A stretch of DNA of 55,516 nt, filler included, from Sphacelaria rigidula (taxonomy: Eukaryota), in assembly GCA_964200075.2 (NCBI GenBank). It is 6 parts of 6 records of this genome, joined end to end, with 100 filler letters (N's around TTAATTAATTAA, not from the genome) between each part and the next. Parts side by side here need not be neighbours in the genome. Positions count along the whole stretch, not along the records: positions 46,349 to 55,516 come from CAXNAA020009136.1; 5 more parts are not named here. One strand, 5' to 3'. The translations under genes and the position numbers were made by a program. Below, piece after piece: positions 49,461-55,516 of this stretch. The stretch's first letter is position 1. Each line of letters starts with the position of its first letter. The notes under the pieces were generated by a model, which was not told where the DNA came from, searched no databases, and was given only the letters and a program-made list of their open reading frames with translations.

Positions 49461-52400
49461 CCCCGGCGATCAGGACCGTCGATTTCGGGGCATTTCTTTT
49501 CGTGTATTTTCACTTCATGCGTGCCCCGTGCACGGCAGCCGACCCGAAACCAACAGTTTGATGCATTGATTGACTGCTGTGTGGATATGTAAAGGCTCCC
49601 GAAAACAAATCATGGATTTTGGTGCGAGTATTTTCATTTTATGGGGGTTCAAATATGGGCACACGCTCCTGATTTCGCCCGCGTCACACTTGAAAGCAAA
49701 ATAAAAAACTTCTTGTCGAGTCAAAACTGCTGTAGGATGTCGGCGGGTCCATAGGTACGGGTTTATTTTCATAGTAGAAAGACCATTTCAAGTGATTTTA
49801 TTTTAATATTTGTCTGTCCCTCTACGCTGCATAGTACATTTAATAGTACTAACTTGATTTTGGTATAGGTTCTTCACACATGGTTGTGCCGGTCTTCTGA
49901 CGCCCGCAGCCGCGGTGCAGCACCCTGCGGGGGCAGGATGATATCCAAGACGAAGGCAGTCTCACAAACGGCGCTCTGTCTATTGCTTTACTGGGTATTG
50001 TACCCAACGTTCGCTATGAGTGTCGCCATGCCCGCGGTGTGGTTGCGGTGGCCTGGGTTGGTGTCGCAGTCTCCATTATTTGCGCTTAGGTTGCTGCTGC
50101 ATCTGCACGGCCTTGGATACGGCGCACGATTCAAGATGGCTCCATCGTCGTCGTTGCGTGGTGTTTCATGTTGCTCGGATGGAACATAAACCGAGAAAAA
50201 GATTCCACACGCATCAATGCTGCTGGCCCCCTTTTGTAGGCTGTCGTGCTGTTGTTCTGGATGACTCGCGTTGATCGATGCCGTACAGACATGCATGACA
50301 GTCAAGTACGGTCCCAACTGGCTGGCCAGCGCTGGCGGATCTTCTTGCGATACAGGTACAGTCGGTATCGCGACAAAAAGTTGTTGCGGTACAACGCTAG
50401 AGACAACCAAGCACTCTACACACAGGACATCATATACCCAACGCAATAATGTATCTCTCTTGTTTTTACGATTCCGTGTGCTAGATTGTCGCTTCCTTTC
50501 GAAGGTGTACGCTTCGCTTTCTTTGACTTGGTGCCATCTTGGTGTGTATCACAGTATTATCCATGTTGGCTGCACTTTTCCCCCCCCAGCTCTCCTCCTT
50601 CTGCTGTCCTGGGCTATAGCAAGCCAACGGAGGGAATTGAAGTCCAGAATAGGCCCGGACAACAAATAACCGAACAGTGCGATCTTGTTGACCTCTTTGT
50701 GGCAATTACGGTTGGAGTAACGCACGTGTCCAGCGATAATCCCGACGAGAATCATGGAAAACAACGAAAAAATCGATGATTTCAGTTTAATTATTTCATA
50801 GCGACCCGTACCTATGAAGTCGGTGCCTGTAGGACCGACTGCTGTACCCTTTTCACATTCGCTCTTCAGCTGGCGAGTGCTGTACAGCGCTAATACAACC
50901 TTCTCAGCCACCATAGGTGTCATGTGCTTGCTCCCGTGAGTGCTTCGGGCCGCTTGGGCCACGCTCAAGTCTACATGTCGTTTCACCTTTGGCTTCGTCC
51001 TTAGCAGTACGATCGACACCAAACCAACATCAGCCTGCACGGCCGGACTTATTGGTGATTGTGACTGCTGTAGCTCGTGAGTGGCGAGGTGAATCGGCAT
51101 GCTGAAGAGCGCAAACGAAAGCTGGAGATGTAGACTCACCGTTGCGAACGATAAAAAAGAGGAGTTCCATGTAGTGGGCGTCATTTTGTAATCGTTTTTT
51201 CCGGAGTGTGCTCAATATCGCACTGGGCCTAATAGGGAACTTTCCTCTAATGGGTGATGGTTTCCCATGAAGAAAAATAGGTGCTTCATCCTTGACCTGG
51301 GGAGTCAACTTGCGGCGGAGGTGCGTGCTCTGATGTATATAGCAGCTCTGTACTCAAGTTTCGAAGGTTTGCAGCGAATAAGTGAACCATCAAGAATGTC
51401 TGCGATGGGAGTTATTTGACGTTCGTGCGGCGCCGATACGCGCCATGGGTAGAAATGTAGGGGCCAAGATCAGGGATAGCGTGAGGGTTCATGGGGTGTG
51501 TCCGATCTATCCGAGTAGAGAGTTCACGAAGTGCGCTTGCACACATCCGTGTCACTTGTCCATGCTCTGTAACACACAAACGGCCTGCGTACAGGGTATG
51601 AAGTAACCCCTGCCGCGACAAGCCATTTGATATCTTGCACGAGAATATCGAAAAGTGAACCCGATAACGCTGTCCCGCGACGCCACTTGCGGCGGATACA
51701 TCCACATCCCTTCAACCATTGTAGTGATCTACAAGTGGGAGCAGTGCGTGATGACCCCCCGCATTTGACACGCTGTGTTGGTTGTACTGCAACGCTGCTG
51801 TACTTGGGTCTTGGCGAATAAGTTTCACAGACCCATGATAGTCCTCGTGTATTTATATTCCCTGCCTTTCGTTCACGAAGATGATGAATAGGGCTCCGAA
51901 AGGCTGACCCCCAAATCGACAGTAGAGACAACAACTGCCAACAGTCAACACTCACCGGAGTGCCAGGGCTGCCGCGCTGCCGCCGACGCCCCCTCCCCCT
52001 CCCACCGCGTGGCATGCTGCCGTATACCAGTCTATCTGATTCGCCTCTGTCCAGATCTATGTCGTACGACCCTCTGATGGCCCTTGAGCACTGTGAACTT
52101 GTCTCGACGTATTACGAGGGTAGTAGGTGATGTGTTACCTGAGCCACCGCACGCCGCAGCTGGTGTGAAGTGGTCCCGTCCGCGTCCGAATACACCGACT
52201 GGTCACAGGAGCGGTCCGTGGTGGGTGGAGGCGTCGGACTACTCTGTTCTCTTTCTCTTTGCCACCAGCAGTTGAGCTATTGAAGAGGCAGGAAACTAAC
52301 CCTCCCCGGCTGTGCCCAAGGAGACATCCACCAATTGATAGCGGGGCGAGTAACAAAACGTGTCTCGTGTCGTTCTCTGTACGCTTTCGCTCTCGGAAAA

Positions 52401-55400
52401 GTTTTCGAGTATCGCCACTGCTGTACTCTTCGGTCGGCCAGTCTCTTCGTTTCTCGGACGATCGTAACTGCCTTTGTGTGCCCGTCTTCCTTCCGAACCC
52501 CCTTCGCCGTTTTTGTCTTCCCTCTGACGTTACTGTTTGTCTCTTGGAGCTTCGAGCGCACAGTCAGTAGAGCCGATAGCGATGTCACCGGAGTCGCGCG
52601 GTCGCAAGTTTTCAACCATGATTAGATCCGATTTTCTACCGGATCATGACCAAGACAAAGGTACGATATAATTTCTCACAACAGTGTGGGTGACTGAGAA
52701 AAGAAAGGTGCACGCAGTATAAACGCGTGTTTACGCGTACATGTTTCATCAAGAGCTCGCAGCTATAGTAAAACATATCTGCAGTGAATGTCAAGAGAAC
52801 AAATGCCTCCGACTGATCGATTGCGAGAGAGCGCGGTAGACGTATATTATCCCGTCCTGCTGCATGCAGGTCTGAGATGTCACAGGGCGAGCGAAGGGGC
52901 GGTGCAAAAAGAGCTCAATATCTCGACCACGACACGACGGCACAGCCTAGGGTTATGAGATTTCCTTTTGGACAAAGCATTGAACCAGACATAGTGATGC
53001 GATCTCCACTGCGATATCGCGTGCAAGCACACCGCACACCATACTATGATGGGTGGAGGATTCTCCCGAATGGTGTTACGCCGCTAGTCGTATTTGTATT
53101 CGTTGCCCACCTCGCTTGCTGCTGCTCCTGCTGCTGCAGAGAGCGGCAGTCGTATAGCGCATGTTTCGAAGACAGTGCACCGGCAGGCTGATGTTACGCC
53201 CACCATTACTGGGGAACGATCGTGTTATTGCCGCAAGAGACAGCGTGCAGTACGGGTGAGTCATTGGAACGGGTGGTCTTACGTAACACGGTTGCACTCG
53301 AGTTGCACTTGAGTTTGTCCGCTTGGTTTTGAATTGAATCTGGTGACACAAGGACATGTACAAATATACCAAGAACATGAAGCAGAGATGCTGTGGCATA
53401 CACACCGTTGTGAGATTGGCTACGTGCTCGAGGCACGTGATTGACTGTAGCAAGGTGTCTGGGTTCTCACCAGTGTTCCTGTACTAACGTCAGTTGCTCG
53501 GAAGATCTAATGCTGTATCATGCGTCTGGTACTCTACACAGTCAGTACAGAGCGTACTTGGAGCAAGTAGTGAACAGACAAGTTCAAAAAGCCGAAATGC
53601 CCCGAAATCCACCTCTGACCGGTTTCGTGGGATTCGGGACCAGTGACCAGTGCCCAGCACTAACGGCCCGCAATTGATGCTTTTTTTTTGTCCTGTACAT
53701 AAGTGACCATGTACCGTTTCACGAATTTCACTGTCTTTTTCGATCGAAAGCTTGAAAATTTACTTGGACTTAACTCGACAGCAATGAGCGATTTTCACTC
53801 AAATCGATTCCATCGCCCCATTTTTCGATCGAAGAAAAAAGTGCCAAGTCACGCCCTGAAACGCTCCTCCGCACTGCTGGATGGCAGTTTTGAAGTCGGT
53901 GTAGAGGGTAAGACAGGTACCTGGCACTGGTATGTGGGACATCTCATACCCTGCCGGTACAGACCCAATCGGGTATTCTCAAATGTCATACCTACGATAC
54001 TCGTACCTACGTTGCCACGGCATTTCGAGATACCAGTACCTACCGTACGATACCCACTCATATCATGGTATAGGATACCCCGGCAAATACTGGGGGTACC
54101 CTCGGTACGGTACCTTACCTACGGACCCGTGGAACGTTTGACCCTTAGACCGCGGTACGGGTAGTCCATCTGGATCACGCATACTTTTTTCAAGTGAATA
54201 TTGATGCCAGTTCAGCAGGTGGCTCACCCACGCGGTCAAAGGGTTGAGGCCGTCTTTTTCGAGCGTCTCGGTATTCTTGCCTCGCCAAGGGCTCGTGAGA
54301 ATATATCCTCTCTCGAAACGTCCATGCCCGCCGGAAACATTGCAAGACCACCGCGATCACGCGTCCGTTCGAACGGTCGCGAACGCGTGTGTACCCCCGC
54401 ACAAAGCAAAGTACGAATCCGCTAACCGAATCCCTAGCGTTGGCATTGGCCTGAGCAGTCATCTCCCGGGGCGGGTGCGGAGTAACTTGGACACTAAAAT
54501 CAGCATTGAATCTCGTGGACGCCTCGTTACAAGGTATCCTTGACGCTCGTGAGTTCGAAATATTCTATATAAATATATATACTACACTATATTTATATAC
54601 TTCGTACAGTATATTATATTAAGGTGACATAGTGCTTGTGATGGGCGTGTCAGTAGTAGTGTATAACCTTTGCGCCGCGCTACTTTACTGCATTCGCCAT
54701 ACAATGAGTGTGATATCTTGAAGTGCACAAATGATTTCGAAGAAATTCAACAAGACTCTTCGGAAATCACATTCCCAACAACTTAAATCACATTCGAAAG
54801 TGTTATTTTTTTTCGGAGGGGATGGTATCGCCGCGGGCCAATCACTGACGAATGTGATTCCGGAATGTTATATTTTTCCGTCCCCATGAGGCACAGCCTA
54901 AGGCCTCGTGCCGTGGCTCACGGACAGGGATGAAATCTGTGTCCCAAGCCAGTTTAGGCCCACTATTACCGACACTGTATTTTGGAGATTTTCGAGGTTG
55001 TCGGGACTGGCATGTACCTGATGATTCTCGAATGCTTGCGGGCGCCACGGCGTTTTCACAGGGCAGCTCTCCGAAAGGCTGCGTCGCAGTCCAACTTTTT
55101 CACGGTTAGGACGAATCAAGATTTATACGAGTTGACTCCTCACGACATGACAGGAGTCAACCTGTATTCAAGTGTTGGTCCCGCACGCACCTGACGGTGA
55201 ATAACATATGCAGTGTAGTCATCTCACCCGCATATAGATTGGGAGAAAAGTACGACTGATGCAAGGCCCGTGTCATGAGAGGATTCAACGATGTGCCGAC
55301 TCTTCGTCCCCCACGGAGACGTACGCATGACATACATGTAGATGCCATTCACGCCTCATCGTAACTGTGGGTGGCATGTATAATCGATGCATTTCCGCGT

Positions 55401-55516
55401 TTTTCTACAGGGGGTTAACATGTGTCCATGATCTACCCCCTATGACCTGGATATGCTCCGTCTCGAAAGGGACACGGACCCCAGCACCATTCTGATGGCT
55501 GACGGACTAAAACTTA

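Noticed and set aside
53915-54165. GGTACC/GGTAC-rich stretch (similar texture at ~3400-3810) as coding or regulatory sequence
   Set aside because: It looks like the subrepeat-rich interior of a non-autonomous element. I could not define its ends or a TSD, so I did not call it.

Overview
This is eukaryotic, intron- and repeat-rich DNA, most likely from a brown alga (Phaeophyceae, a stramenopile). That assignment is inferred from gene structure, repeat style and TTAGGG-type repeats. The window is not one locus. It is six unplaced contigs of near-identical, non-increasing length (9171, 9170, 9170, 9169, 9168, 9168 bp) joined by artificial 100-bp linkers (N44-TTAATTAATTAA-N44). The only confidently identified gene is a 9-exon internal part (1134 nt, 378 aa, minus strand, 131-8722) of a fused glutaminase-synthetase carbamoyl-phosphate synthetase. 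It carries the signatures of the urea-cycle CPS1/CPS III type, has one GC-AG intron, and has a decayed RTE-like LINE in another intron. The rest is mostly non-autonomous transposons, tRNA-headed SINEs, foldbacks, satellites and a few orphan or decayed exons. The most striking structure is a ~211-bp MITE family with TG...CA ends and 4-5 bp target-site duplications (TSDs). Its loop carries a telomere-type (CCCTAA)n tract, and seven copies or remnants are packed into ~7 kb of contig 3, nested with three other terminal-inverted-repeat (TIR) families.
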